Shown here piece after piece: positions 36,913 to 47,385 of a stretch of DNA of 64,000 nt (its first letter is position 1; each line of letters starts with the position of its first letter). Where the stretch lies: assembly GCA_020638695.1 (NCBI GenBank), contig JACKIB010000020.1, positions 19,984 through 83,983 on the forward strand. The letters are read 5' to 3'. The DNA comes from Planctomycetota bacterium (lineage in GTDB: Bacteria > Planctomycetota > UBA1135 > UBA2386). A program made the translations under genes and the position numbers. The notes under the pieces were generated by a model, which made no database searches, was not told the origin of the DNA, and worked only from the letters and a program-made list of their open reading frames with translations.

Positions 36913-38106
36913 ATGAACGATGCCACCGCTCCCGAGGCGCGCGACACCACCGGGCTCGGCCACGACATGCTCGCGGTGGCGCGGTCACTCGGCCCGGAGA
37001 TCGCCGCCGCCGCGGACCGTACCGACGCCGAGTGCGAGATCCCGCCACCGCTCGCGGCGCGGCTCGCCGACGCCGGGCTGTTCCGCATGCTCGTCCCGCG
37101 GCGTCTCGGCGGCGGGGAGCTGGACCTGCCGACCTACGTCCGGGTGCTGGAGGAGGTCGCCCGCGCCGACGGCAGCACCGGCTGGTGCGTCAACCAGGGG
37201 GCGGTGTTCGCCACCAACGCCGCGTTCATGGATCCCGAGGCGGCCCGCGAGATCTGGTCCGATCCCCGTGCCGCGATCTCGAACGGCCCATCGCCGACCG
37301 CGCGCGCCGAGGTCGTCGAGGGTGGCTACCGGCTGAGTGGTCACTGGGCGTTCAGCAGTGGGATCCGGCACGCGACCTGGGTCGCCGGGCTCGCCTTCGT
37401 CGAGCGCGCCGGCGAGCGCGTGACGGGGCCGGACGGCGGCCCGGTGCTACGGCACTTCGTGGTGCCCAAGTCCGAGGTCACGATCGTCGAGAACTGGGAC
37501 GTGCGCGGCTTGCGTGGCACCGGCAGTCATCACTTCGAGGTCCACGACCTGTTCGTGCCCGAGCGCTTCGGCGTCTACACCTACTCCGATCCCGCGCGCG
37601 AGCCGGGTCCCCTGTACAAGTTCCCGATGATTCTCCTGTTCGCCAGCGGGTTCTCCTCGGTGGCGCTCGGGATCGCGCGCGCCTCGCTCGACGCGTTGGC
37701 GGGGCTCGCCGGTGGTCGGGTGCCGCGCGGGATGCAGACCCTGCGTGACCAGCCACTGGTGCAGATGCAGATGGGTCGGGCCGAGGCCGGTCTGCGGGCC
37801 GCGCGCGCCCTTCTCCACGAGACGGTGCGCGAGGTGTGGCACGATGTCGAGACCACCGGCGACCTCACTGTCGAGCATCGGGTGCGGCTGCGCCTCGCCA
37901 CCACCCACGCCATCCGCTCGGCCGCGTCGACGGTCGACACCGCCTACGACGGCTTCGGCGCCGAGGGCATCTACGCGTCGAGCCCCATCCAACGCCGATT
38001 CCAGGACATCCACGTGGTGACCCAGCACGTGCAGGCGCGGATGGCGCATTACGAGTCCGCCGGCCGCTGGTTCCTCGGGCTCGAGCCCGACATGCGCTGG
38101 TTGTGA
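36913..38106 (+). CDS. acyl-CoA-dehydrogenase-fold flavin-dependent monooxygenase (oxygenase component)
   Basis: 397-aa ORF with the ACAD N, middle and C domain pattern of the DszC/SfnB/HpaH type. Divergently paired with the flavin reductase. Confidence 0.75.
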   Translation: MNDATAPEARDTTGLGHDMLAVARSLGPEIAAAADRTDAECEIPPPLAARLADAGLFRMLVPRRLGGGELDLPTYVRVLEEVARADGSTGWCVNQGAVFATNAAFMDPEAAREIWSDPRAAISNGPSPTARAEVVEGGYRLSGHWAFSSGIRHATWVAGLAFVERAGERVTGPDGGPVLRHFVVPKSEVTIVENWDVRGLRGTGSHHFEVHDLFVPERFGVYTYSDPAREPGPLYKFPMILLFASGFSSVALGIARASLDALAGLAGGRVPRGMQTLRDQPLVQMQMGRAEAGLRAARALLHETVREVWHDVETTGDLTVEHRVRLRLATTHAIRSAASTVDTAYDGFGAEGIYASSPIQRRFQDIHVVTQHVQARMAHYESAGRWFLGLEPDMRWL

Positions 38107-38146
38107 GGCGAGGGCGACGGCCGAGCGAGGCGCGCCGGGAAGCGCG

Positions 38147-39241
38147 TCAGCAGCTGTCGCGATAGCGATCCTGAATCGCCGTCACGGCGTCGCGCCGCGC
38201 GAGGATCGCCTCCACGCAGCGGGGGTCGAACTGACGACCGGACTCCCTGGCCAGGTGGGCGAACGCATCGTCGAGTGTCCACGCGCGCTTGTATGGGCGC
38301 GCGCTGGTGAGCGCGTCGAGCACGTCGGCGACCTTGACGATCCGCCCCTCGGGCGTGATTGCCTCGCCCGCGAGCCCGTTCGGATAGCCGCTGCCGTCGA
38401 AGTTCTCGTGGTGCTCGCCGACCACCGCACGCAGCACGTCCAGGTTGTCGATGATGTCGAGGTCGAACTGCTCCACCAGCACCTCGATGACCTCGAGCCC
38501 GCGCGGCACGTGCTGGCGCATCACCTCGATCTCGTCCGCATCGAGCGATCCCGGCTTCAGCAGGATGTGGTCCGGGATGGCGAGCTTGCCGATGTCGTGC
38601 AAGGGCGCGAACTGATACATGAACTCGATGCGCTCGTCGACCAGCTCCATCGACTCCGCGACGCCTTCGGCGACCAGCCGCGCGTAGTGCGACATGCGCT
38701 CGAGGTGGGCGCTGGTCTCGGCATCCTTGAAGCGGCTGAAGGCGATGGCGGTGTTCACCGCCCCGCGCAACGTGTGGATCGGCGCGAGCTCCGCCACCAG
38801 CAACGCGTTGATCAACCGCGCGTAGACCATCACGCGGGCCGCGGTCCCGGGATCGAAGTACCCCGCGACGGCGGCGTCGAAGAACACGAAGCCGATCAGT
38901 CGGCGGCGCGAGCGCAGCGGCAGCGTCATGCTGCTGCGAAACCCTGCCTCGCGAATCAGACGGTCGTGCATCGTCCCCGTCTCGGGGATCGCCTGCAGAT
39001 CCTCGATCACCCGCGGTCGGTCGGAGACGGCGACCGCACGCAGGGACGGGACCTCGGCCAGGTGCACCTCGTAGTGCGAGAACAGCGGGCCGCCGTCGGA
39101 GCTCTCGATGAAGGTTCGCAGCAGGTCGTCGCGCTCGTCGTAGAGCGCGATGGCGATGCGCCCGAGCTCGCTGCAGAACCCGCGCAGCTCACCGTGGAGC
39201 TTGAAGATGCGCCGACTCAGGGAGACGAAATCGGGGGTCAT
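38147..39241 (-). CDS. GAF-like sensor domain plus HD-GYP c-di-GMP phosphodiesterase
   Basis: Track ORF trimmed to Met28. HDIGKLAIP and EHHENFDGSGYPNGL motifs. Confidence 0.8.
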   Translation of the reverse strand: MTPDFVSLSRRIFKLHGELRGFCSELGRIAIALYDERDDLLRTFIESSDGGPLFSHYEVHLAEVPSLRAVAVSDRPRVIEDLQAIPETGTMHDRLIREAGFRSSMTLPLRSRRRLIGFVFFDAAVAGYFDPGTAARVMVYARLINALLVAELAPIHTLRGAVNTAIAFSRFKDAETSAHLERMSHYARLVAEGVAESMELVDERIEFMYQFAPLHDIGKLAIPDHILLKPGSLDADEIEVMRQHVPRGLEVIEVLVEQFDLDIIDNLDVLRAVVGEHHENFDGSGYPNGLAGEAITPEGRIVKVADVLDALTSARPYKRAWTLDDAFAHLARESGRQFDPRCVEAILARRDAVTAIQDRYRDSC

Positions 39242-39433
39242 GGTCGCCGCCGGGCGCAGACTTCCTCGCCCGAGGCGGGTTGCCAGCGCACGAGGCCGCG
39301 GCGGCTCGACGACGCATCGCACGCCGTCCTTCGGGCGGAGTCGAGCATGGGAAGCCTCCGCGGTGCTCGGCCGGGGGCGGTAGTGTAACCTTCACCGCAC
39401 CGACACGCACCCGACGTCGACGGAGGCGCGACC

Positions 39434-40057
39434 ATGACCGACGTCTACGCGAGAAAGAGCTACGGCGAGCAGACGATCGGATTCGGGCGATCGCTCGCGA
39501 TCCTGGTGGTGGATTTCCAGCTCGGGTTCGTCGATCCCCGATTCCAGATGGGTGGCGGCCCGATGATCGAGTCGGCAGTCGAGCGCACCGCCGACCTGCT
39601 CGCGGTCGCGCGCTCGCGCGGCGTCCCGGTCGCCAACTGCTACGTCGCCTACCCGCGTCCCGAGGCAGCGCCGTACTGGAAGGTCACCGCCGTGCCGCGC
39701 GACCTCGTGCGCGGCTCCGACGCCTGCCGCCTCGATCCGCGAATCGTCGATCACGACCACGACTTCGTGTTCGAGAAGTACGGCGCCTCGGCCTTCTTCC
39801 AGACGCCGCTCGCGAGCTACCTCGCCAAGAGCGGCGTGGACACCGTCGCCATCACCGGCTGCGTCACGAGCGGCTGCGTGCGCGCCTCGGTGGTGGACAG
39901 CTTCCAGCTCGGCATGCGGACCATGCTGGTCGACGACTGCTGCGCGGACAACGACCCGCAGCCGCACGCCGACACGCTGCGCGACGTCGGGCGGCGCTAT
40001 GCCGACATCGTGCAATCGGACGACGTGATTCGTCATCTCATGGGCAACACGGGGTAA
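39434..40057 (+). CDS. isochorismatase-family cysteine hydrolase (N-carbamoylsarcosine amidase/nicotinamidase-like)
   Basis: 207-aa ORF with LVVDFQ, the Lys in FEKYGASAF and the catalytic Cys in ITGCVTSGCVRAS. Confidence 0.8.
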   Translation: MTDVYARKSYGEQTIGFGRSLAILVVDFQLGFVDPRFQMGGGPMIESAVERTADLLAVARSRGVPVANCYVAYPRPEAAPYWKVTAVPRDLVRGSDACRLDPRIVDHDHDFVFEKYGASAFFQTPLASYLAKSGVDTVAITGCVTSGCVRASVVDSFQLGMRTMLVDDCCADNDPQPHADTLRDVGRRYADIVQSDDVIRHLMGNTG

Positions 40058-40145
40058 GCGCGCGTCGCGGCGCCCGGCGACACTGGGGCGTGCGCCGCCC
40101 AGGCTGATAAGGTTCCGGTCCTCGACTCGAACGGAGCCGCCACCC

Positions 40146-40796
40146 ATGCCCACCGTAGCCATCATCGGCGCCAGCCGCGGAATCGGCCTCGAGCTCGCCC
40201 GTCAGTACGCCGCCGACGGTTGGCGCGTGCACGCGACCACCCGCAGACCCGAGTCGCCAGGCGCCCTCGGCGAGGTGCCGGGCGACGTCGTGCTCCACGG
40301 GCTCGACGTGCGTGACGAGGCCGCGGTCGGCGCGCTCGCCCGAGCACTCGGCGACGACGCCCTCGACGTCCTCGTCCACAATGCCGGGATCAAGGACGGC
40401 GGGCACTCGCGCGCGGAGGTGATGCGCGTCAACGCCGAGGCGCCGATCGCGGTCACCGAGGCACTGATGGACGCGGTGGCCCGCGCCGGCGGTCGAATCG
40501 TGCTCGTCAGCAGCCAGCTCGGCGCGCGGCGCGGAAGCCGCAAGAGCCTCGGTGACTACGGCGACTCCAAGGCCGCACTGAACGACGCCGTGCGCGAGCG
40601 CGCGCCGCGCTGGGCCGAGCGCGGCGTCACCGCAATCGTCATCCATCCCGGTTGGGTCCGCACCGACATGGGCGGCTCCGCGGCACCGGTGTCCGTCGAC
40701 CAGAGCGCACACGGCATCCGCAGCGTCATCTCGCGCCTCACCCCCGCCGACAACGGCCGCTTCCTCACCTGGCGCGGCGACGAGCACCCCTGGTAG
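40146..40796 (+). CDS. short-chain dehydrogenase/reductase (SDR)
   Basis: 216-aa ORF with IIGASRGIG, NAG and YGDSK (YxxxK). Confidence 0.8.
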   Translation: MPTVAIIGASRGIGLELARQYAADGWRVHATTRRPESPGALGEVPGDVVLHGLDVRDEAAVGALARALGDDALDVLVHNAGIKDGGHSRAEVMRVNAEAPIAVTEALMDAVARAGGRIVLVSSQLGARRGSRKSLGDYGDSKAALNDAVRERAPRWAERGVTAIVIHPGWVRTDMGGSAAPVSVDQSAHGIRSVISRLTPADNGRFLTWRGDEHPW

Positions 40797-40803
40797 CAAC
40801 AAC

Positions 40804-40988
40804 GGGGTCGGACCAACCTATCCCCTTGTATTCGCGGAACTTTCCGCCCGCGTGATGGCCGGGCTCAGGTCCTCGCCATGCCCGGCGGCGGAACGGAGTC
40901 CGATGGCGCGAAGGAGCTCGGCGCCCGGACTCCTCCCCGTCAGCCGAGGAAATGCTGTCTTTTCAGATAGATAAGTTGGTCCGACCCC
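40804..40988. repeat. 185-bp element bounded by 14-bp perfect (19-bp imperfect) terminal inverted repeats; MITE/REP-like element or structured RNA
   Basis: GGGGTCGGACCAAC (40804-40817) is the exact reverse complement of GTTGGTCCGACCCC (40975-40988). The arms extend to 19 bp with one mismatch (..CTATC / GATAA..). It fills the convergent intergenic gap and ends in a locally AT-richer stretch (aatgctgtcttttcagatagataag). Confidence 0.5.
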
Positions 40989-40992
40989 ACTC

Positions 40993-42339
40993 TCAGTCGA
41001 GAGCGACGTCGAAGGGGGTGCCGGTGCGGGCGCGCACCTCATCCACCGTGGCGCCCGGCATCAGGGCGACCAGCACCAGCCGTCCGTCGACGAAGCGGAA
41101 CTTGGCGAGCTCGGTGATCACCACGTCGACCGCACCGATGGCGGTCAGCGGCAGGGTGCACTCGGGCACGATCTTCGGGCCGCCGTCGCGCTCGTTGTGG
41201 GTCATGGTGACGATGAGTCGCTCGGCGCCGCTCGCGAGATCCATCGCCCCCCCGACGCCCAGCAACGGCTTGCCGGGCACCGCCCAGTTGGCGAGGTTCG
41301 CGCGCGCGTCGACCTGCAGCCCGCCCATGATCGCGACGTTCACGTGCCCGCCACGGATCAGTCCGAAGGACGCCGCGCTGTCGAAGTAGCTGGCACCGGG
41401 GAGCGCGGTCACCGGGATCTTCCCGGCATTGACCGGGAACTCCATCGCCCCACCACTCTCGGGCTCGGGGCCGACACCGAGCATGCCGTTCTCGGTATGC
41501 AACATGATGCCGTGCTCGGGGGTGATGAGGTCGGCGACTAGGGTGGGGATGCCGATCCCGAGATTCACCACATCCCCCGCTCGGAGCTCCGCGAGCGCGG
41601 CGCGGGCCATGTGCATCCGCGCCTCGTCCACGCGCTTGGCGCTGCCCTTCACCGAGGCCGACGAGCCCAGGTCCGCCTCGGTGAGGTGGGCCTGGACCAG
41701 CACGTCGACGAAGCAACCGGGGGTGTGGATCTCGTTCGGATCCAGCGCGCCCACCGGCACGACGTGCTCGACCTCGGCGATGACCAGATCCGCGGCGGTG
41801 GCCGCGGCCTGGTTGAAGTTGTTCTCGGTCATCCGGTAGACGAGATTGCCGGCGGTATCGCCCTTCCACGCCCGTACCAGCGCCACGTTGCCACGAAGCC
41901 CGCGCTGGAAGACCTGGAGCTTGCCGTCGATCTCACGCGTCTCGCGGCCGTCGGCGAGCGGCGTGCCGGCGCCCGACGGGGTGAAGAACCCGCCGATGCC
42001 GGCCCCGCCGGCCCGCAACGCCTCGGCCAACGTGCCCTGGGGCAGGAGCTCGACCTCGAGCGCGCCGGACTGCGCCGCGGCCACCGCCTCGGGGTTGCTG
42101 GTGAAGAAGGAGCCGATGGCCTTCCTGATCTGGCCGTTGCGCAGCAGGCGTCCGCCACCGAGTCCCGGCTCGCCCACGTTGTTGCCGATGAAGGTGAGAT
42201 CGCGCGCGTCGGTCTCGGCGATGGCGTCGAGCAGGTGCACCGGATGGCCGGTCATGCCGAAGCCACCGACCACCAGCACGTCACCCGAACGCACCTTGCG
42301 CGCCGCCTCCGCGGCGGTCATCTGCACCACGCTCTTCAT
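40993..42339 (-). CDS. 3-oxoacid/glutaconate-type CoA-transferase, fused A+B subunits
   Basis: 448-aa ORF. The A-like half carries [11 protein letters not shown]. The B-like half carries the catalytic Glu motif HTENGMLG and the GGAMDL motif. Confidence 0.8.
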   Translation of the reverse strand: MKSVVQMTAAEAARKVRSGDVLVVGGFGMTGHPVHLLDAIAETDARDLTFIGNNVGEPGLGGGRLLRNGQIRKAIGSFFTSNPEAVAAAQSGALEVELLPQGTLAEALRAGGAGIGGFFTPSGAGTPLADGRETREIDGKLQVFQRGLRGNVALVRAWKGDTAGNLVYRMTENNFNQAAATAADLVIAEVEHVVPVGALDPNEIHTPGCFVDVLVQAHLTEADLGSSASVKGSAKRVDEARMHMARAALAELRAGDVVNLGIGIPTLVADLITPEHGIMLHTENGMLGVGPEPESGGAMEFPVNAGKIPVTALPGASYFDSAASFGLIRGGHVNVAIMGGLQVDARANLANWAVPGKPLLGVGGAMDLASGAERLIVTMTHNERDGGPKIVPECTLPLTAIGAVDVVITELAKFRFVDGRLVLVALMPGATVDEVRARTGTPFDVALD

Positions 42340-42390
42340 TCGATTCTCCGGCCGCGGGACGACACCCCGGGGCTGCGTGTCATTGCCGGC

Positions 42391-43287
42391 TCAATCGAGC
42401 CAGACGGGATTGGTCCACGCGCGTCGCCCGTCGGCGTCGATCACCGTCAGTCGCAGATAACCGGGGCGGAAGCGATCGATGGGCAGCGTCACATCGGTGA
42501 GATCCGAGCCGCGCTGCTGCTCCGACTTCGCACCACGGCCGGTGGCGGCGACCGCCACCGCGGGCGAGCAGCGCACCCGCACCCGGTCGCCGTCGATCTC
42601 GACGTCGTGCAGCACCGGGCCCTGGCTGGAGTAGTAGCGACCGGCCTTGAGGGATTCCACCAGCGCCTCCGGCTCACCGCGATCGGCGTGGACCTGCACC
42701 CAACCGCCGAAGGCGTCGTCGTGCCAGAGGTGGGCATCGTCGGTGGCGTAGCCCGTCAGCCGCTTGCCCGCGTTCAGCAGCGCATCGAGGAAGGGCCAGT
42801 CGACGCCACGGTCGACCTCGATGTGGCTCCCGTGGTTGTAGATCTCCACCGCGTGGGCGACCTCGACCGTCAACGCGTCCTCCACCGTGAGGCCGTACCA
42901 CGACGGGTGATTGATGCCGATGAAGGCCCCGGCGGCGGCCGCCCGCCGGGCGAGCTCCGGGCCGGTCTCGCCGGGCGCGGGCGGGGCGAAGTCGAGCGGG
43001 AGCCCCACCGCGTGGATGTGCCACAGCTCGCCGACCGCGGTGCGCGGCGCGTGCAGCTCCGCCCCGATCACCGGGACGAAGTCGCGGGTCCGCATCGCGG
43101 TGGTATCGGTGACCGGGTAGTCGTAGCGCTCCATGAAATGGTCCGAGAGCACCAGGAAGTCGTACCCGGCCTCACGGTACGTGCGCATGACCTCCTCCGG
43201 CGGCAGTCGGCCGTCGGAACGGGTCGAGTGGGTGTGCAAGTTGCCGCGATAGAAGCGGCCCTCACGGCCGAACGGCAGAGTCTGCAT
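42391..43287 (-). CDS. PHP-domain metallohydrolase (CehA/McbA-like)
   Basis: Track ORF trimmed to Met15 (MQTLPFGREGRFYRGNLHTHSTRSDG...). GGAGAG RBS. His-rich PHP motifs (SDHF, INHPSW, TDDAH). Confidence 0.7.
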   Translation of the reverse strand: MQTLPFGREGRFYRGNLHTHSTRSDGRLPPEEVMRTYREAGYDFLVLSDHFMERYDYPVTDTTAMRTRDFVPVIGAELHAPRTAVGELWHIHAVGLPLDFAPPAPGETGPELARRAAAAGAFIGINHPSWYGLTVEDALTVEVAHAVEIYNHGSHIEVDRGVDWPFLDALLNAGKRLTGYATDDAHLWHDDAFGGWVQVHADRGEPEALVESLKAGRYYSSQGPVLHDVEIDGDRVRVRCSPAVAVAATGRGAKSEQQRGSDLTDVTLPIDRFRPGYLRLTVIDADGRRAWTNPVWLD

Positions 43288-43382
43288 GGATCGCTCTCCG
43301 GGGTTGGACGCACCGGCGGCAGCCGGCACGCACGGCGGCTATGGTACCAGGCCGATGTGACGCCGAAGCAGCGTCCCGGCGC

Positions 43383-44498
43383 TCACCGCGACGGGGACGC
43401 GACCTCGACCGCGGCGGCTCGGGCGAGTTCGGAGCGCTGCCCGTCGCGCTCGGGGAAGTGGCAGGCCGCGCGGTGGGCGCCACCCATCGGCTCGAGCCCC
43501 GGGTCGTGCTGCACGCAGAGCGCCGGAAGCCGCGTGCCGGCACGCTCGACCGTCGGCGCCCTGGCCGCCGCGGCAATCAGCCGCGCGCGATAGCAGCGGG
43601 GGTGGAAGCGGCAGCCAGGCGGCAGCTCGGTGGCGGAGCCGATCTCCCCGTGCAGCACCACGCGCTTGCGACCACGCTCGCGCTGCGGATCGGGCACCGG
43701 CACCGCCGACAGCAGCGAGACCGTGTAGGGGTGCAGCGGCGCGCCGTAGAGCGCATCACGCGGCCCGATCTCGACGATCTTGCCGAGATACATCACCGCC
43801 ACGCGGTCGCTCACGTGCCGGACCACGGCGAGATCGTGGGCGATGAACAGGAACGCGAGCCCGGCCTCGCGCTGCAAAGCGCGCAGCAGATTGATGATCT
43901 GCGCCTGGATCGAGACGTCGAGCGCCGACACCGGCTCGTCGAGCACCAGCAGCTTGGGATGCACGGTCATCGCGCGCGCGATGCCGATGCGCTGGCGCTG
44001 CCCGCCCGAGAACTCGTGCGGGTAGCGCTCGGCGTGGCCGGGCTCCAGCCCGACGCGGCCGAGGACCTCGGCGACCCGGCTCGGACCATCGCCCCGCCAC
44101 AGCCCGTGGACCACCATCGGCTCGGCGACCAGGGAGCCGACCCGCATCCTCGGGTCGAGCGAGCCGTAGGGGTCCTGGAACACCATCTGCACCTCGCGGC
44201 GCAACGCGCGGACCCGACGCCGGCCGAGGGCGGTGATCTCCTGGCCGTCGAACCAGATGCGCCCGCTGCTCGGGTCCACCAGCCGCAGCACGAGACGCCC
44301 CAGGGTGCTCTTGCCGCTACCGGTCTCCCCGACCAGGCCCAGCGTCTCGCCGCGATTCAGCTCGAAGCTGACATTGTCGACCGCGCGCACCGTGGAACGG
44401 CGCCGGCCGAGGAAGCCGCGGCTCGACTCGAAGGTCTTGCCGACCTCCTCGACCCGCAGCAGTGGCCCGTCGTGCTCGACCTCTCGTCCCGCGGTCAC
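43383..44498 (-). CDS. ABC transporter ATP-binding protein (DppF/OppF-like)
   Basis: Walker A GETGSGKST, signature FSGGQRQR. ATGA overlap with the upstream ATPase gene. Confidence 0.85.
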   Translation of the reverse strand: MTAGREVEHDGPLLRVEEVGKTFESSRGFLGRRRSTVRAVDNVSFELNRGETLGLVGETGSGKSTLGRLVLRLVDPSSGRIWFDGQEITALGRRRVRALRREVQMVFQDPYGSLDPRMRVGSLVAEPMVVHGLWRGDGPSRVAEVLGRVGLEPGHAERYPHEFSGGQRQRIGIARAMTVHPKLLVLDEPVSALDVSIQAQIINLLRALQREAGLAFLFIAHDLAVVRHVSDRVAVMYLGKIVEIGPRDALYGAPLHPYTVSLLSAVPVPDPQRERGRKRVVLHGEIGSATELPPGCRFHPRCYRARLIAAAARAPTVERAGTRLPALCVQHDPGLEPMGGAHRAACHFPERDGQRSELARAAAVEVASPSR

Positions 44499-45511
44499 GC
44501 CGCGTCCTCCGCCAGCTCGGACCAGTGATGGCAGGCCGACGCGTGCCCCTCACGATCGGTGGCAGCGAGCCCGGGGCGGGACGCGCGGCAGGTCTCGCGC
44601 CCACGGCCGAGGAAGCAACGCGGCTCGAACGGGCAGCCGGGTGGGAGGGCCGCCAGATTCGGCGGCATGCCCTCGATGGCCGGCAGCGCCTCGCCGGGCG
44701 GCCCGTCGAGCCGCGGGATGCTGCCGAGGAGGGAACGGGTATACGGATGGCGCGCGTCGGCGAATCCGTCCTCGACCCGACAGGTCTCGACCACCCGTCC
44801 GGCGTACATCACCGCCACCCGCTCCGCGTGCTTCGCCACCAAACCGAGGTCGTGGGTGATGAGCACCATCCCCATCCCGAGCTCGGCGCGAAGCTCCGCC
44901 AGCAGCTCGAGGATCTGGGCCTGGACGGTGACATCCAGCGCGGTGGTCGGCTCGTCGGCCACCAGCACCTTCGGCCCGAGCGCGATCGCCATCGCGATCA
45001 GAACCCGCTGACGCATGCCACCGGAGAGCTGGTGCGGAAAGTCGTCGACCCGCCTCGACGGGTCCGGGATGTGCACCCGCTCGAGGGTCTCGATCGCGAG
45101 CTTGCGGGCCGCCGCAGCGCGCAGGGGGCGGTGGGCGCGAATCACCTCGACGAGCTGGTCGCCGATGGTGAACACGGGATTGAGGGCGGTCAGCGGATCC
45201 TGGAACACCATTGCCACACCGGCACCGCGTATCGCCCGTAGCTCGGCCGGCGCGAGCTGCACCAGGTCCACGCCGCCGAAACGGACCTCGCCGGCCACCA
45301 CGCGCCCCGGTCGCGGAACCAGGCCGAGCACGGAGAGGAAGGTCATCGTCTTCCCCGAACCGGACTCGCCGACCACCGCCAGCGTCTCCCCGGCGTGGAC
45401 CGACAGCGACACCCGATCGACCAACACCACCGGGCCGTCCTCGCCCGGAAAGGCGGTGCGCAGGCCCTTGACCTCGAGCAGCGCCTGGCGCGGTGTCGTC
45501 ACCTCGGTCAT
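44495..45511 (-). CDS. ABC transporter ATP-binding protein (DppD/OppD-like)
   Basis: Track ORF trimmed to Met59 ([21 protein letters not shown]...). GESGSGKT and [13 protein letters not shown] overlap with the permease stop. Confidence 0.85.
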   Translation of the reverse strand: MTEVTTPRQALLEVKGLRTAFPGEDGPVVLVDRVSLSVHAGETLAVVGESGSGKTMTFLSVLGLVPRPGRVVAGEVRFGGVDLVQLAPAELRAIRGAGVAMVFQDPLTALNPVFTIGDQLVEVIRAHRPLRAAAARKLAIETLERVHIPDPSRRVDDFPHQLSGGMRQRVLIAMAIALGPKVLVADEPTTALDVTVQAQILELLAELRAELGMGMVLITHDLGLVAKHAERVAVMYAGRVVETCRVEDGFADARHPYTRSLLGSIPRLDGPPGEALPAIEGMPPNLAALPPGCPFEPRCFLGRGRETCRASRPGLAATDREGHASACHHWSELAEDAA

Positions 45512-46410
45512 CACAGCATTCGACTGCTGGTGTCGCGTCGCATCTGTGGGTCCAGCGTGTCCCGCAGGCCGTCGCCGAGCAGATTCAGTGCGACCACCGA
45601 GGCCGCGATGCACGACCCGGCGGAGAGCGAGATCCACGGATTGGTGGTGATGTAGCCCTGGCCGTCGGAGATGACGTTGCCCCACGTCGGCGTCGGCGGC
45701 TGCACCCCGAGACCGAGAAAGCTCAACCCGGCCTCGGCGAGGATGGCGGTCGCCGCGCTGACGGTGGCCACCACGATCACCGGCGGCAGGCTGTTGGGGA
45801 TCACGTGGCGCAACAGCACGCGCGCCGACGTCATGCCGATCGCATGCGACGCCTCGATGAACGGGCGCGGCCGAATGGTGAGCACCACCGAGCGCATCAC
45901 CGCGGCGACGCGCGGGGTGTAGGCGATCGACACCGCCAGGATCACGTTCTCCAGCGAGGATCCGCGCGCCGCTACCAGGGCCAGCGCGAGCAGGAAGCCG
46001 GGGAACGCGAGCAGGATGTCGTTACCGACCATCAGCACGCGCTCGGTCCAGCCACCCAGGTACCCGGCCAGCGCACCGACGAGCGAGCCGAGGGTGAGCG
46101 ACAGCGCCACCACCGCGAGCGCCACCTGGATCGAGACCCGCGCGCCCCACACCAGACGCGAGGCGATGTCGCGCCCGTACTGGTCGGTGCCGAGCAGGTG
46201 TGCGGCCGACGGAGGCGCCAGGGTATTCAGCAGATCGGTGTCGTTCGGCCCGTACGGCGCGAGCCACGGCGCGGCGATCGCCACCACCATCAGCACCAGC
46301 AGCAGCACGAGCCCGGTGGCGAAGCCGGGATGGCGCAGATACCGCCCGATCCGCGAGCGTCGCACTCGGCGCCGGGGCGAGGGCGCGGGGCCGGGAGGCG
46401 TCGCGCTCAT
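45511..46410 (-). CDS. ABC transporter permease (DppC-like)
   Basis: 299-aa ORF with TM helices and the loop PFIEASHAIGMTS. Confidence 0.85.
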   Translation of the reverse strand: MSATPPGPAPSPRRRVRRSRIGRYLRHPGFATGLVLLLVLMVVAIAAPWLAPYGPNDTDLLNTLAPPSAAHLLGTDQYGRDIASRLVWGARVSIQVALAVVALSLTLGSLVGALAGYLGGWTERVLMVGNDILLAFPGFLLALALVAARGSSLENVILAVSIAYTPRVAAVMRSVVLTIRPRPFIEASHAIGMTSARVLLRHVIPNSLPPVIVVATVSAATAILAEAGLSFLGLGVQPPTPTWGNVISDGQGYITTNPWISLSAGSCIAASVVALNLLGDGLRDTLDPQMRRDTSSRML

Positions 46411-47348
46411 CCCACCCGCACCCTCGGGTCGACCAGCCCGTAGACGATGTCGAGCGTGGTGTTGACCAGCACCACGGCGCAGGCGAGCACCAGCACCCCG
46501 GCCTGCACGAGCTGGTAGTCGCGAGCGAACACCGCCTTCAGCACCATCGAGCCGAGTCCCGGGCGGCTGAACACCGCCTCGACCAGAATCGCGCTACCGA
46601 GCGACCACGCGAAGGTCACGCCGATCACTGCCAACACCGGAATCAGGGCGTTGCGCAGCGCGAGCCTGAACACGATTCGGCGCTCCGGGATCCCCATCGC
46701 ACGCGCCACCCGCACGTAGTCCTGCCCGAGCACCTCGAGCATCGCCGAGCGGGTCAGGCGCGCGATGTAGGCGGCGACGGAGAGGCCGAGCACCAGCGCC
46801 GGCAGCGCGAGGTGGTGGAGCTGCACCCACGGGTCGGCCGACGAGCTGGCGCCGAGCGCGGGGAAGATCCGCACCTCGTGCGCCAGCAGGAGGATGCTGG
46901 CGAGGCCGACCCAGAACACCGGGAACGAGATCCCGGCCAGCGCTCCGAGCATGACCGCCATGTCGACCCAGGTCCCCTGCCGGACCGCGGAGACGACGCC
47001 GAGCGGCACCCCCACCACGACCGCGACGACGATACCGGCGAGCGCGAGCGCCGCCGACCACGGCAGGCTCTCCAGGACCTCCGCGAACGCCGGCTGGCCG
47101 GTGACCACGGAGCTTCCGAGGTCACCGCTGAACGCCCGACGCATGAAGCCGAGGTACTGCTCGTGAACCGGCCGGTCGAGCCCGAGCTGCGCGCGCAGCG
47201 CCGCGACCGCCTCGGTGGTCGCGTAGTCGCCGAGCATGTAGGTGGCGGGGTCACCCGGGATGGCCCGGATCAGGAAGAAGACCACGGTGACCATCCCGGC
47301 CACCGTGACGAACATCAGCAGCAGGCGGCGAGCGACGTATCGCAGCAC
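46407..47348 (-). CDS. ABC transporter permease (DppB-like)
   Basis: 313-aa ORF starting MLRYVARRLLLMFVTVAGMVTVVFFLIRAIPGDP, with QDYVRVARAMGI. Confidence 0.85.
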   Translation of the reverse strand: MLRYVARRLLLMFVTVAGMVTVVFFLIRAIPGDPATYMLGDYATTEAVAALRAQLGLDRPVHEQYLGFMRRAFSGDLGSSVVTGQPAFAEVLESLPWSAALALAGIVVAVVVGVPLGVVSAVRQGTWVDMAVMLGALAGISFPVFWVGLASILLLAHEVRIFPALGASSSADPWVQLHHLALPALVLGLSVAAYIARLTRSAMLEVLGQDYVRVARAMGIPERRIVFRLALRNALIPVLAVIGVTFAWSLGSAILVEAVFSRPGLGSMVLKAVFARDYQLVQAGVLVLACAVVLVNTTLDIVYGLVDPRVRVG

Positions 47349-47385
47349 GATCTCGGATCCGTCGCCCGCCGCCCTGGTGATTGCC

